DNA from: a bacterium
GTDB taxonomy: Bacteria > SAR324 > JACQKK01
Direction: 5' to 3'
DNA length: 64,000 nt
Assembly: GCA_965240465.1 (NCBI GenBank)
Contig: OZ251219.1
Location: 151,046 to 215,045 of the forward strand
Of this stretch, positions 54,095-63,603 are shown in pieces. The notes beneath the pieces were generated by a model. The model searched no databases, was not told the origin of the DNA, and saw only the letters and a list, made by a program, of their open reading frames with translations. Numbering within the stretch: position 1 is the stretch's first letter; each line of letters starts with the position of its first letter. A program made the position numbers and the translations under genes.

Positions 54095-55504
54095 TTATGA
54101 AGATGTCATGGACTTAGAAAAAAATTTTACCAGTTGATGAGCCAATAAGGTTTTAGGCATCAAGGGTAATGTTAGTGGCTTATCGGGCTGTAAGCGAGTA
54201 AGCAAGGTGACTTGGTTGAAATCGGAATCAAAGCCTGCATGGGGTTGATCAATAGAATTGGCGATCACGATATCTGCATTTTTAGAGTGCATCTTGCGTT
54301 TTGCTTCTGATAGGAGGGAATTACCATGCTCAGCAACGAAGATGACAAGCAATTGTCCTTTTAGCTTTTTTTGCCCAACTTCTTTGGCAATATCAGGGTT
54401 AGGAGTAAAATTTAGGATAAGAGGAGAGGAACCGCGTTTTATTTTTTGATTATGTCGTTTTGGCTTAAAGTCGCTAACAGCAGCACAGAGTATCAAGGCA
54501 TCTTGTTGGGGTTGGACTTTAAGAACGGTGGCTCTCATTTGTTCTGTATCCCGAATTTGCAGGTGTTTTATTTTTCTTGGGGGTTTGATCCCTACAGGTC
54601 CAGAAACCAAAGTTACTTCTGCACCTAATTGCTGGCATGACTGGGCTATGGAATAGCCCATTTTCCCACTAGATTTATTGCCTATAAAACGGACCGGGTC
54701 TATATCTTCTATAGTGGGACCCGCAGTAACGAGGATTTTCTTACCCTCCAGAGAGTCTTCTTGGCGGACGTTTGTGGGCGGGATACCTGCCAGCTTTTCA
54801 TTGAGCACGGTTATCAGTAGATCTGGCTCTGGCAGTCTGCCGATTGCTTGCCAGCCTTCAGCAAGCTCACCATAGGCAGGAGGAATGATTATTACCCCTC
54901 GCTGTTGCAAAATACTTACGTTCTCTTGAGTGGCTGGGTGCTCCCACATTCTATTGTTCATGGCTGGGGCCATCACAACTGGTGCAGCCGTAGCTAGCAA
55001 GGTCGCGCTGAGGGTTTCTGATGCCTGTCCACCACGATAAGAAGCCATCAAATTGGCGGTGGCAGGAACAACAAAAACCACCTCTGCCCATTCTGCCAGT
55101 TGGATATGCTCAATACGACCATCTGGGGTTAATCCCAGGCGAGACATTGCCACTGGCACCCCTGAAAGGGTCTCAAAAGTAAGGGGAGCCACAAAACGAC
55201 GTGCTTCTTTGGTCAATACCACCTGTACCTCAGCTTGGCAGCGTTTTAGTAGTCGCAGTACTTCCACTGCCTTGTAGCAGGCTATTCCACCAGAAACACC
55301 CAGTAAAATTCGCCTATTAGCCAGAGCAGGCCAAACATTCTTAACCGCACTGTCCTCATTCAGTGATGCCAAATCATTTCCCGCTAAATCATCAGGCTTA
55401 ACCAGATCCACGGCTACAGAGCTATTTTTGGTAGGCTCTTTCTTCCGAGCAGATCCTCTCTGAGATTTAGAATGCCCTACTTCCATGATTTCATTTTTAA
55501 CCAC
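54095..55504 (-). CDS. coaBC: bifunctional phosphopantothenoylcysteine decarboxylase / phosphopantothenate-cysteine ligase
   Basis: 469 aa. After an N-terminal extension of about 60 aa: ILLGVSGGIACYK, PAMN..MW.HPATQ.N (CoaC), then ILVTAGPT.E.IDPVRFI.N.SSGKMGY.IA, AAVSDF and N.D....GFD.D.N (CoaB). Confidence 0.93.
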   Translation of the reverse strand: MVKNEIMEVGHSKSQRGSARKKEPTKNSSVAVDLVKPDDLAGNDLASLNEDSAVKNVWPALANRRILLGVSGGIACYKAVEVLRLLKRCQAEVQVVLTKEARRFVAPLTFETLSGVPVAMSRLGLTPDGRIEHIQLAEWAEVVFVVPATANLMASYRGGQASETLSATLLATAAPVVMAPAMNNRMWEHPATQENVSILQQRGVIIIPPAYGELAEGWQAIGRLPEPDLLITVLNEKLAGIPPTNVRQEDSLEGKKILVTAGPTIEDIDPVRFIGNKSSGKMGYSIAQSCQQLGAEVTLVSGPVGIKPPRKIKHLQIRDTEQMRATVLKVQPQQDALILCAAVSDFKPKRHNQKIKRGSSPLILNFTPNPDIAKEVGQKKLKGQLLVIFVAEHGNSLLSEAKRKMHSKNADIVIANSIDQPHAGFDSDFNQVTLLTRLQPDKPLTLPLMPKTLLAHQLVKFFSKSMTSS

Positions 55505-55805
55505 AATATAAAAAACCGAGTGCCAATCCAGCTATAAACACCTGCAACCAGCCTATTTTCACCATTATGGCATATGTTGCTATTTTAAGTGGTACAACTG
55601 ATAAAAAGCACCGTGAAACATCTGCTAATATGTGCCAGCCTTATGAACCACAAGTACTTACGATATACTTCTATTTTGAAAACCTGTCCTTCCACACCTG
55701 CTATAAATATGAGACAAGTACCCAATCAAAGAGATAACAGCTATTTTTACTTCTCTGATGATTTGCCTGCCTTGTCATTCTGCCACCTACCTTTTAGAGC
55801 ATACC

Positions 55806-56603
55806 ATGTCTACCACTATTGTATTCTCTAGCGAAAAAGGCGGAGTAGGCAAAACAACTTCGGCGGTCAATTTATCTGCCAGTCTGGTTTCTGCCAATTT
55901 TCGGGTATTGGTGGTAGATATGGACCCCCAGAGCTCAGTGCGTTTCTCTTCTGGAGTCAGTAAAGAGTCCCCACTGGGTACTTACCAACTTCTTACCGAC
56001 CCCCAAACTCCGCTAGAAAATTTGATTCAGATCACTCCGGGATTAGGGCTAGATTACATATTTGCCAATTTCAAGGACTGGTCTCAGGAAAATGACACCC
56101 TCTGGCATATCCAGCCCGACACCCTTAAAAACCGTCTCAATCTGGCTTCTAATTATGATTTCATCATCTTAGATGCCCCCGCCAGCCTCAACATGCTCAC
56201 CCTGAATGCCATCACAGCCGCTAACATTGTCATTCTGCCGTTGCAGTGCGAGTCGCTAGCTATGCATTCGCTCAAACGATATTTGCAAGGGTTCCATTAT
56301 TTACAGCAAAAACACAATCCTTCCATTCGTATTGCGGGAATACTGTTGACTATGTTTGATAAAAATCTTGCTATCCATCGCCGTCTCTGCCAGCAAATCT
56401 ATCGCACTCTGGGGGATTCGGTGTTAAAAACCATCATTCCCCGCTCAAGGGAATTAGTGGAAGCCTCTGCCTTAGGACAATCCGTACTCACATACAATGC
56501 CCATTCCATCGCGGCTACATCCTATTTGCACCTGAGCAAAGAAATTTTACAGAATTTTTATTATCCTCATTCTGCCACTCGCTCATACGCTAACCCTACC
56601 TAG
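55806..56603 (+). CDS. ParA/Soj-type chromosome-partitioning-like ATPase (no adjacent parB)
   Basis: The track ORF starts at 55758; ATG 55806 gives MSTTIVFSSEKGGVGKTTSAVNLSASL...VLVVDMDPQSS, IILDAPASL..LT.NA..AA..V..PLQCE..A...L and GILLTMFD......IPRS....EA...G.S...Y, the Soj/ParA pattern. Confidence 0.85.
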   Translation: MSTTIVFSSEKGGVGKTTSAVNLSASLVSANFRVLVVDMDPQSSVRFSSGVSKESPLGTYQLLTDPQTPLENLIQITPGLGLDYIFANFKDWSQENDTLWHIQPDTLKNRLNLASNYDFIILDAPASLNMLTLNAITAANIVILPLQCESLAMHSLKRYLQGFHYLQQKHNPSIRIAGILLTMFDKNLAIHRRLCQQIYRTLGDSVLKTIIPRSRELVEASALGQSVLTYNAHSIAATSYLHLSKEILQNFYYPHSATRSYANPT

Positions 56604-56646
56604 CAACACTGAGCTCATTAACCTTTGCTTAAAAGAAATAATACTC

Positions 56647-57129
56647 TTGGTTCAAACCCAACCTGCTACTTTAGACCCAACCCCCCAGCCCACCGGCTCA
56701 CGTAGACAGAGTCGGGTATTCGCATTACAAATGCTTTACCTAATAGAAATACAACAAAAATTACCAGCCGATATTCAATCTTCATTTTGGCGGCATGTTC
56801 GTTCCTCAAAGCAGGCACGTATTTTTACTCAAAAATTGGTTGATAACACCTGCTCTCAACAAAAAAAAATAGATGCTCTCATCTCTGGCTACTTGATAAA
56901 CTGGAAATTCAATCGCTTGGCTGTCATTGTTAAACAAATCCTCCGCCTTGCAATCTGTGAAATACTGGTACTTAAGGAATCTCCCCCTGAGGTGATCATC
57001 AATGAAGCCATAGAACTTACCCGCATCTACATGGACGAAGAATCTACCAAATTTGTCAACGGTGTGCTAGATGAATGCCTGAAATCCCAGCCTGATTCCA
57101 CACTGACAAATACCAAACATGAAGGATAG
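56647..57129 (+). CDS. nusB: transcription antitermination factor NusB (TTG start)
   Basis: 160 aa: SRRQSRVFALQMLY, ...W.F.RL..I...ILRLAICE.L......P..V.INEAIEL.R.Y..E.S.KFVNGVLD. Confidence 0.85.
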   Translation: MVQTQPATLDPTPQPTGSRRQSRVFALQMLYLIEIQQKLPADIQSSFWRHVRSSKQARIFTQKLVDNTCSQQKKIDALISGYLINWKFNRLAVIVKQILRLAICEILVLKESPPEVIINEAIELTRIYMDEESTKFVNGVLDECLKSQPDSTLTNTKHEG

Positions 57130-57188
57130 GAAATTCTTGTCTGACAAATATTAGTTTTGACCGCCACACCCTATGTTTTCGCATTGTA

Positions 57189-59273
57189 TTGTCACTATCT
57201 GCTGATATGTCCGCCCTAAGCAAAAATCAATTGCACCTTAGTCAACTGCGTAAAGAACAATTGCAGGCTTTCTCGTCTTATTACCTTGATGATTCACCAC
57301 TATTAACAGACGAACAATATGATGATCTGTGTTGCCAATTGCTAGCAAGTGAAGTACCCAATTCGCAATCAAGGGAATGGTTTTCTGAGAATGTTTGGGT
57401 GGTTTCAAATCGGAACACCCCTTTTACAAGTGGTCTGCACCAAATTCCCATGCTCAGCCTCACCAATCTTTACAACCTTGAAGAACTTAAGGCATGGTAT
57501 CTCGGACTCCAGAAGCTACTTCCACAGGCATCATTGAGTTATCTATGCCAATTGAAGCTGGATGGAGTTGCAGTTTCGCTTCGTTATCAAAAAGGAGTGC
57601 TTACTCAAGCTCTTACCCGCGGTGATGGTCAACAAGGTGAAGACATTACCCGCAACATTAAAACCGTTAGTGATGTTCCATACCGTTTGAAGCAACCAGT
57701 GGATATTGAAGTACGGGGAGAAATTTGCTACCCATTTAAGGCATTTGCTAAGGAAAATAGCCTCCGAGAATCTCAAGGGCAAGAGCTCATGAAGAATCCT
57801 CGCAATGCGGTGGCTGGATTGATGCTCACCCTAGACAGTACGATAGCTAGCCATCACAATTTGAAGATGTGTGTCTTTGAGCTTATCACTAAGACTGACG
57901 TACCTAGCTCTAATCAGCACTCAGATGATTTATCCGCCCTGCAATGGTTAAAAGAACTGGGGCTTCCCATAAAGGAAGATATTAGAGAAACTAATTCTAT
58001 ATCTGTCTTGGAAGATTTTTATAATTACTGCCTAACAAGTCGTCATAACCTAGAATTGCCCATAGACGGGGTAGTAGTGAAACTGAATTCTCTGCAACAG
58101 CGTGACCAAGTGGGTAGCACCTTAAAATCTCCGCGCTGGGCAGTAGCCCTCAAATTCCCTGCCGAAAAAGCATGTACCATTCTAAAAGGGGTAGAACTAA
58201 ACGTGGGTCGTACTGGACGCATCAATCCCACCGCGATCTTAAAACCTGTCCAATTGGATGGCACCACAGTCGCGCGTGCTACCCTGCACAACTTTGATCA
58301 GATTGAAAGACTTCAATTGTGTATAGGGGTTCAAGTGCAGGTGGAAAAAGGCGGAGACATTATCCCCAAGGTGGTAGGCTTGGCACCCACCAAAATTGCG
58401 GCCTCCTCAAATGCACCTGCCGAAACTAACATCCCCCCACCTGATTACTGCCCTAGTTGCCACACACCCCTCAAACGCCACACAGGCGAAGTGGATTATT
58501 ACTGCCTCAACCCTCTCTGCCCTCAACAATATGCAGAACGCCTGCTACATTTTGTATCCCGACCAGCTATGAACATTGAAGAACTCGGTCCGGCTATCAT
58601 TAATCAGCTACTCAACAAACAATGGGTATCTGCTTGGGCTGATATCTATGACCCCACCTGCCTTAATCAAGACAAACTAGCTAGTCTGGAGAATATGGGT
58701 GAGAAATCAGCCCAGCTGGTGATGGAAAACATTGAATGCTCCAAGTCAGTGCCTCTTCATCGTTTTTTGCATGCGGTGGGCATACGCTATGTAGGAGCAC
58801 GAACGTCACAAATACTGGCTGAAGTATTTGGCTCACTGGAAGCTGTTCAGGATGCCTCCCTTGAGCAATTATTAGATATTCCAGCCATTGGAGAAGTTAT
58901 GGCAGAAAGCATTAGAGCCTTCTTTTGCAATTCATCCCAATTGGATCTTATTGCCAGAGCTCGCTCATTTGGCTTGAATCCACAGCCAATTTCACTCTTA
59001 AAAACAACTGCTCTCAGTGGTAAACGCATAGTGATTACAGGCACTCTTTCTATATCCAGAGATGAATGGAAACAGAAGCTCTTGCAATGCGGTGTTATCG
59101 TAAGTAGCAAGGTATCGCGTAATACCGACTGTTTACTGGTAGGTGATAATCCCGGTAGCAAGAAAGAACAAGCCAAAAAGCTGGATATACCCATCTATAA
59201 TGAATACCAGATCATTGACCTTCTCAATTCCCCTGGCGAAACCAACTCTATCCCTACTGAAAATAGATCTTAA
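57189..59273 (+). CDS. ligA: NAD-dependent DNA ligase
   Basis: 694 aa. Adenylation motif CQLKLDGVAVSL (KxDG), DGVVVK, SPRWAVALKFPAE, Cys4 zinc finger CPSC...C.N..CP, HhH repeats and a C-terminal BRCT (GKRIVITG.L....R.E.K..L...G..VSS.VS..TD.L..G...GSK..KA..L.I). ATG 57207 is an alternative start. Confidence 0.95.
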   Translation: MSLSADMSALSKNQLHLSQLRKEQLQAFSSYYLDDSPLLTDEQYDDLCCQLLASEVPNSQSREWFSENVWVVSNRNTPFTSGLHQIPMLSLTNLYNLEELKAWYLGLQKLLPQASLSYLCQLKLDGVAVSLRYQKGVLTQALTRGDGQQGEDITRNIKTVSDVPYRLKQPVDIEVRGEICYPFKAFAKENSLRESQGQELMKNPRNAVAGLMLTLDSTIASHHNLKMCVFELITKTDVPSSNQHSDDLSALQWLKELGLPIKEDIRETNSISVLEDFYNYCLTSRHNLELPIDGVVVKLNSLQQRDQVGSTLKSPRWAVALKFPAEKACTILKGVELNVGRTGRINPTAILKPVQLDGTTVARATLHNFDQIERLQLCIGVQVQVEKGGDIIPKVVGLAPTKIAASSNAPAETNIPPPDYCPSCHTPLKRHTGEVDYYCLNPLCPQQYAERLLHFVSRPAMNIEELGPAIINQLLNKQWVSAWADIYDPTCLNQDKLASLENMGEKSAQLVMENIECSKSVPLHRFLHAVGIRYVGARTSQILAEVFGSLEAVQDASLEQLLDIPAIGEVMAESIRAFFCNSSQLDLIARARSFGLNPQPISLLKTTALSGKRIVITGTLSISRDEWKQKLLQCGVIVSSKVSRNTDCLLVGDNPGSKKEQAKKLDIPIYNEYQIIDLLNSPGETNSIPTENRS

Positions 59274-59276
59274 ACT

Positions 59277-60614
59277 ATGCAGCATGTTGTGATTGTTGGA
59301 GGAGGTACAATTGGCTCGTTTTTAGCCAAACGCATCTCTTTGGAGAATGTAAGAGTCACCATGATTGATCAAAACCCCCTGGTTCTCAAATCTCTACAGC
59401 ATCAATTGGATATTGCCGTCTACGCCTGCAGTGCTACTAATTATAAAGCAGTTCAGCAAGCGGGCATTAACAATGCCGATTTATTTGTAGCTACCACCCG
59501 CCATGATGAAACTAACTTGATTGCCTGCCTCTTGGCAGACACTTTAAATATCAAGAACAAGATTGCGGTCACTCGTTACTTAGGTGCCAGAGGTCATACT
59601 TGGGTAGGTCTGAAGCAAAGCGGAAAGATTGTGAACACTAGTGAAGCCGTTTGCCAACATCTGATGGAGACCATTAGTCTGACTGGTATTCATGAACAAA
59701 CCTCCTTTGCCGATGGAGAGCTGATGCTGATAGCTACTCGCTTGGGACACCATAGCCCTTTGATCGGCAAACAGGCTTCAGAATTGATGAAAATCAATCC
59801 GAATATGAGCATCACACATTTAGTACGCAACCATCATGCGATTACCTGTAAAGAAGATTCAGTTATAAAAAAGAATGATCACCTGTATTTGGTGGTGCTT
59901 CGCAAGGGCTTGCAACAAGCACATGAAGTCTTGGGAGTGAAAAATATAAATTCACGACAGGCAGTTATCTTTGGAGGTAATTTCTTGTCTGAAATGGTTG
60001 CAGAAACACTTTCTTTGCATGGTTTTGAAGTAAATTTGATGGTTCCCGGCCGTCATTTGGTACGCGTGAAGGATGATTTGAAAAATAGAAAGCGGGTACG
60101 AGTTACCACAGGAGAAGTGACCCTAGATAGTTTTAAGGAACATAGGGTAGGGAAGAATAGATTATTTCTGGCAGTAAGCGGGGATGACACTGTTAATTTG
60201 CTGGCTTGCATGCTAGCTAAAAGCATGGGGGCATCCAAAACTGTGGCTGCGATCAAGTCTCTAGAGTTGGAGGATCCGGCCCTAAAGAGTGGTACTGATG
60301 CCTGTATTTTTCCTCATTTGTCCACAGCACGTGCTATTCATAGCCAGCTACATAAGGATGATATTTTAGATTATCACGCTATAACTCAAACCAATTTATC
60401 GGTGGTCAAATTGAAGGCTCGTCCTCACAGCCGAGTTACTCAGGTTCCCTTAAAGCATATACAGCTACCTGAAGGAACTGTAGTCGGGGCGATAATAAAC
60501 AAAGGGAAAGCTACTCTGCCCAGCCCATCACATATCATCAAATCTACAGAAGAAGTTTTACTATTGGCACATTCAGAGAACATGCCCGAAACCGAAGCCT
60601 TATTTTTTCATTAA
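59277..60614 (+). CDS. trkA: Trk-system potassium uptake protein TrkA (two RCK N/C modules)
   Basis: 445 aa. The first Rossmann loop is VIVGGGTIGSFLA...V..ID. The second module (AVIFGGNFLSEMVAE) is degenerate. TrkA_C-like segments follow each module. Confidence 0.85.
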   Translation: MQHVVIVGGGTIGSFLAKRISLENVRVTMIDQNPLVLKSLQHQLDIAVYACSATNYKAVQQAGINNADLFVATTRHDETNLIACLLADTLNIKNKIAVTRYLGARGHTWVGLKQSGKIVNTSEAVCQHLMETISLTGIHEQTSFADGELMLIATRLGHHSPLIGKQASELMKINPNMSITHLVRNHHAITCKEDSVIKKNDHLYLVVLRKGLQQAHEVLGVKNINSRQAVIFGGNFLSEMVAETLSLHGFEVNLMVPGRHLVRVKDDLKNRKRVRVTTGEVTLDSFKEHRVGKNRLFLAVSGDDTVNLLACMLAKSMGASKTVAAIKSLELEDPALKSGTDACIFPHLSTARAIHSQLHKDDILDYHAITQTNLSVVKLKARPHSRVTQVPLKHIQLPEGTVVGAIINKGKATLPSPSHIIKSTEEVLLLAHSENMPETEALFFH

Positions 60615-60650
60615 TGTCCCCACCAGCAAACCAAGAATACTGTGCCTTCT

Positions 60651-61190
60651 CTAGCGACTGTACAAAACAGGCTTATCCATTTCTATCCGTCCTTCTTCCA
60701 AAAAAAACTTAAAACCCTGGGACTTCTGTACCCACTGATTATACTCAATCAGTACCGTATCTTCTGAATAAACTACCCCCTGATTGATGTTGTAAAACAT
60801 GGTGTCGGATTCTACACTCCAATGACTACTAAAACGATCCAATCGTACTCCATCTGAAAAAAAAAGTTGACCCCTTTCCTTGTGCCAAACTGCGGCCCCA
60901 CTCCTACCAATAGTTTCGCTGTTTTCACCTTTATGCAGCTGAAAGTTGACCCTAACTAAACTAGTACGACCACCCTGTTGCAATCCTCGCTCAGCCTCCA
61001 ATGACCACCTTTGGCCATCGGCATTTTCTTTATCTATATGCAGACCAACAATCCTCGTTGCCCCCTCAACCAGTTCCTCACTGACAGTAACCTCATTAAC
61101 AGGTCTATCAGGTACAATCCAGCGTGCCATCCCGTATAATAAACCCATCCCCAACATCATAAAGCCAAAAAACAATAACAATCTCCGCAT
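60651..61190 (-). CDS. membrane-anchored periplasmic protein, LptC-like (tentative)
   Basis: 179 aa. A single N-terminal TM segment (LLLFFGFMMLGMGLLYG) followed by a beta-rich domain of LptC size. There is no adjacent lptA/lptB, so the call rests on size and topology only. Confidence 0.35.
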   Translation of the reverse strand: MRRLLLFFGFMMLGMGLLYGMARWIVPDRPVNEVTVSEELVEGATRIVGLHIDKENADGQRWSLEAERGLQQGGRTSLVRVNFQLHKGENSETIGRSGAAVWHKERGQLFFSDGVRLDRFSSHWSVESDTMFYNINQGVVYSEDTVLIEYNQWVQKSQGFKFFLEEGRIEMDKPVLYSR

Positions 61191-61300
61191 TGATACTCCA
61201 CTTATTTTTGTTGATTTTTGCTTGTACTAGCCACCTATCACCATGTTAGCATGGAGAGGGTTATCGTTACTTTATCGTATTTCAACCTTAAACAACTATT

Positions 61301-61819
61301 ATGAAATCAATTTTTACTTCATCATCTCCAGTGGCCTCCCTAGGCAACAGACTCTCATGGCTTAGCTTGTTTTTGGGTTGCGATTTGCTCTTTAAATTCA
61401 TTGTCTACTACAAATTATCTACCATCCAGACCCGTCCACTTATTCCCTATTTCGTAGATCTTACCCACACCTTTAACTATGGCATCAGCTTTGGCTTGAT
61501 GCAAAACTTGCCAGCATCCATACGAGTTCCGCTCATTATTAGTTTGTCTGTGTTAGCGATTGGAGGATTTATCTATGCCTGGCTCAGCCGCAGGAAACGA
61601 ATGGACATCTTTAGCGATTGGGGTTTCATATTAATAATCGCGGGTGCCTTAGGAAATTTCATAGAACGTGTTTTGCGAGGAGGCGTGACCGATTTTTTTC
61701 ATTTTCACGCTGGGTCAGTCAGTTTTTTCGTTAACAATTTGGCAGATATAGAGATCAGCATCGGGGTAGTCCTACTGTTGATAGGCGGATGGCGCGAACA
61801 CCGCCGAGCAGCTCGTTAG
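61301..61819 (+). CDS. lspA: lipoprotein signal peptidase (signal peptidase II)
   Basis: 172 aa with four TM segments: NYGISFG, GGALGNFIERV..G.VTDF and FNLADIEISIG-type motifs (FVNNLADIEISIGVVLL). Confidence 0.9.
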   Translation: MKSIFTSSSPVASLGNRLSWLSLFLGCDLLFKFIVYYKLSTIQTRPLIPYFVDLTHTFNYGISFGLMQNLPASIRVPLIISLSVLAIGGFIYAWLSRRKRMDIFSDWGFILIIAGALGNFIERVLRGGVTDFFHFHAGSVSFFVNNLADIEISIGVVLLLIGGWREHRRAAR

Positions 61820-61889
61820 GGGGAAGGACACGCCAACATTTTTAACAAGTTTGTTTTGTGATGCTTGCAATTCGCCCTAGCGATTATCA

Positions 61890-63395
61890 CTAAGGAAAGA
61901 TAAGAGCTAAATAGTGAACCTGACTGCCTAGGTGTACCAAAAACAAGAGTGGTTTTCCAGAGACGGTGCTGTTCAGCAATCTTTCCAACTGGCGAATTGA
62001 GCGAATACCCTTGTTATTAACCGCCCGTATTAGTGCCCCTTCACGAAGCCCAGCTTTGTCAGCTATGCTTCCCGCGGATACCTTGGCTACCAGTACTCCG
62101 TTTAGCCCTTCATATCCCAGACTAGCTGCTATGGAAGGAGTGACCTCCTTCACCGTGAAACCCAGACTATTGGCTTGAGGTCCCGTTTTTCTATTTCTTT
62201 GTCTACTGGGACGAGAATCATTTGAAGACTGCAAAGAAGTGGGCAGCTGACCTACCTTCACTTTGAAATAACGTTGCTTGCCTGCACGCAAGACCCGTAC
62301 TTCTACCGAGCTACCCGGTTTCCATCCAGCCACCCGATTACGCAATTCGCCCGTAGTACGTATCTGCTTCTTATCAAAATGAGTGATGATATCCCCTTGT
62401 CGTAACCCCGCTTTCTCTGCTGGACTACCAGCACCCACCTGAGACAATAATACCCCTGAACGAGGCTCAACTTTTAGAGCCTTGGCCAGATTGGCATCTA
62501 TATCCTGAATTCTTACCCCTAGAAATCCGCGTGAAACTTTGCCATCGGCTATCAATGCGGTCATCACCTGCTTGACCATGTTGATGGGAATCGCAAATCC
62601 CACCCCCAAATTGCCCCCACTACGACTAAAAATAGCAGTATTCACTCCAACCACTTCACCATGTAGATTGACTAGCGGTCCCCCGCTATTGCCAGGGTTG
62701 ATGGAGGCATCAGTCTGAATAAAATCCTCATAGTCTACCTGCCCCAGCTGTGTACGACCCTTAGCACTAACAATTCCTTGAGTTATGGTCTGTTCCAAGC
62801 CAAACGGACTTCCAATCGCCATCACTGTCTCCCCCACCTCCAAGGCATCTGAATTGCCCAGCTTTAATGACGGCAGACGAGGTCCATCAATCTTTAATAC
62901 CGCCAAATCAGTGGCTGAATCCGCACCCACTAGCTTTGCCTTAAACTGCCGACCATCCTTCAATTTGACCTCAACGGAACCCGCACCCACTACCACATGA
63001 TTATTGGTCACCACATAGCCCTTGCGATCCACTATAAATCCCGAACCTAAACCTCTTTGAAAACGCGGCTCGTTATTTTCAGGAAGGGTACCCGGTGGAA
63101 AAAATCTACGGAAGAATGGGTCATCAAATGGATCAATGCCTGATGACGCCGTAGGCTTCTCCACACTAATGTGCACCACGGCATTGCTCACACGACGCAA
63201 AATAGCAGCCCGTGCCTTGGATGCTCTCACCAGAACCTCTAAATCCTTCTCAGATTGAGCATGCACATCTGCCGGGGAACTAATCGCCAGCAGCAGACTG
63301 GTTGTCATATTTACGGTTGTCAATATCCCTGCGGTCAGTAACCCTGCTATCAGTACCTTTATACTTATTGTCGCTGTTTTCATTGTTACTCTCAT
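61890..63395 (-). CDS. htrA: periplasmic serine endoprotease, DegP/HtrA (Do) family, two PDZ domains
   Basis: 501 aa. Signal peptide, catalytic triad motifs GSGFIVD..GYVVTNNHVV, DLAVLKI and TDASINPGNSGGPLVN, then two PDZ segments (GV....V..GSPAEKAGL..GDII; GVLV..V..GS.A.KAGL.EG). Confidence 0.93.
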   Translation of the reverse strand: MRVTMKTATISIKVLIAGLLTAGILTTVNMTTSLLLAISSPADVHAQSEKDLEVLVRASKARAAILRRVSNAVVHISVEKPTASSGIDPFDDPFFRRFFPPGTLPENNEPRFQRGLGSGFIVDRKGYVVTNNHVVVGAGSVEVKLKDGRQFKAKLVGADSATDLAVLKIDGPRLPSLKLGNSDALEVGETVMAIGSPFGLEQTITQGIVSAKGRTQLGQVDYEDFIQTDASINPGNSGGPLVNLHGEVVGVNTAIFSRSGGNLGVGFAIPINMVKQVMTALIADGKVSRGFLGVRIQDIDANLAKALKVEPRSGVLLSQVGAGSPAEKAGLRQGDIITHFDKKQIRTTGELRNRVAGWKPGSSVEVRVLRAGKQRYFKVKVGQLPTSLQSSNDSRPSRQRNRKTGPQANSLGFTVKEVTPSIAASLGYEGLNGVLVAKVSAGSIADKAGLREGALIRAVNNKGIRSIRQLERLLNSTVSGKPLLFLVHLGSQVHYLALIFP

Positions 63396-63603
63396 GCTAA
63401 GGTTAATTTTCTTTATGCCTCTTAACCGACATAACCTACACCAGACTATTCTAGCATGCCTGATTTTTTTTAATTTTGATAGTTTGCCCCAGCAATGTAT
63501 AGCTTACACAGTAAAAAATCACTGCAAGTTGGTTTGTTTATTATAAAGCGACCAGTGATTACCATCAACCTTCCACTAAAAAAATGTATCCTATAAAGCA
63601 CTG

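Noticed and set aside
55589-55831. An 80-aa ORF, and the 16-codon N-terminal extension of the soj-like gene (55758-55805), in the coaBC/soj divergent spacer.
   Set aside because: There are no motifs. The ParA/Soj homology starts at the ATG at 55806 (MSTTIVFSSEKGGVGKTT), which is the normal distance from the Walker A motif to the N-terminus.
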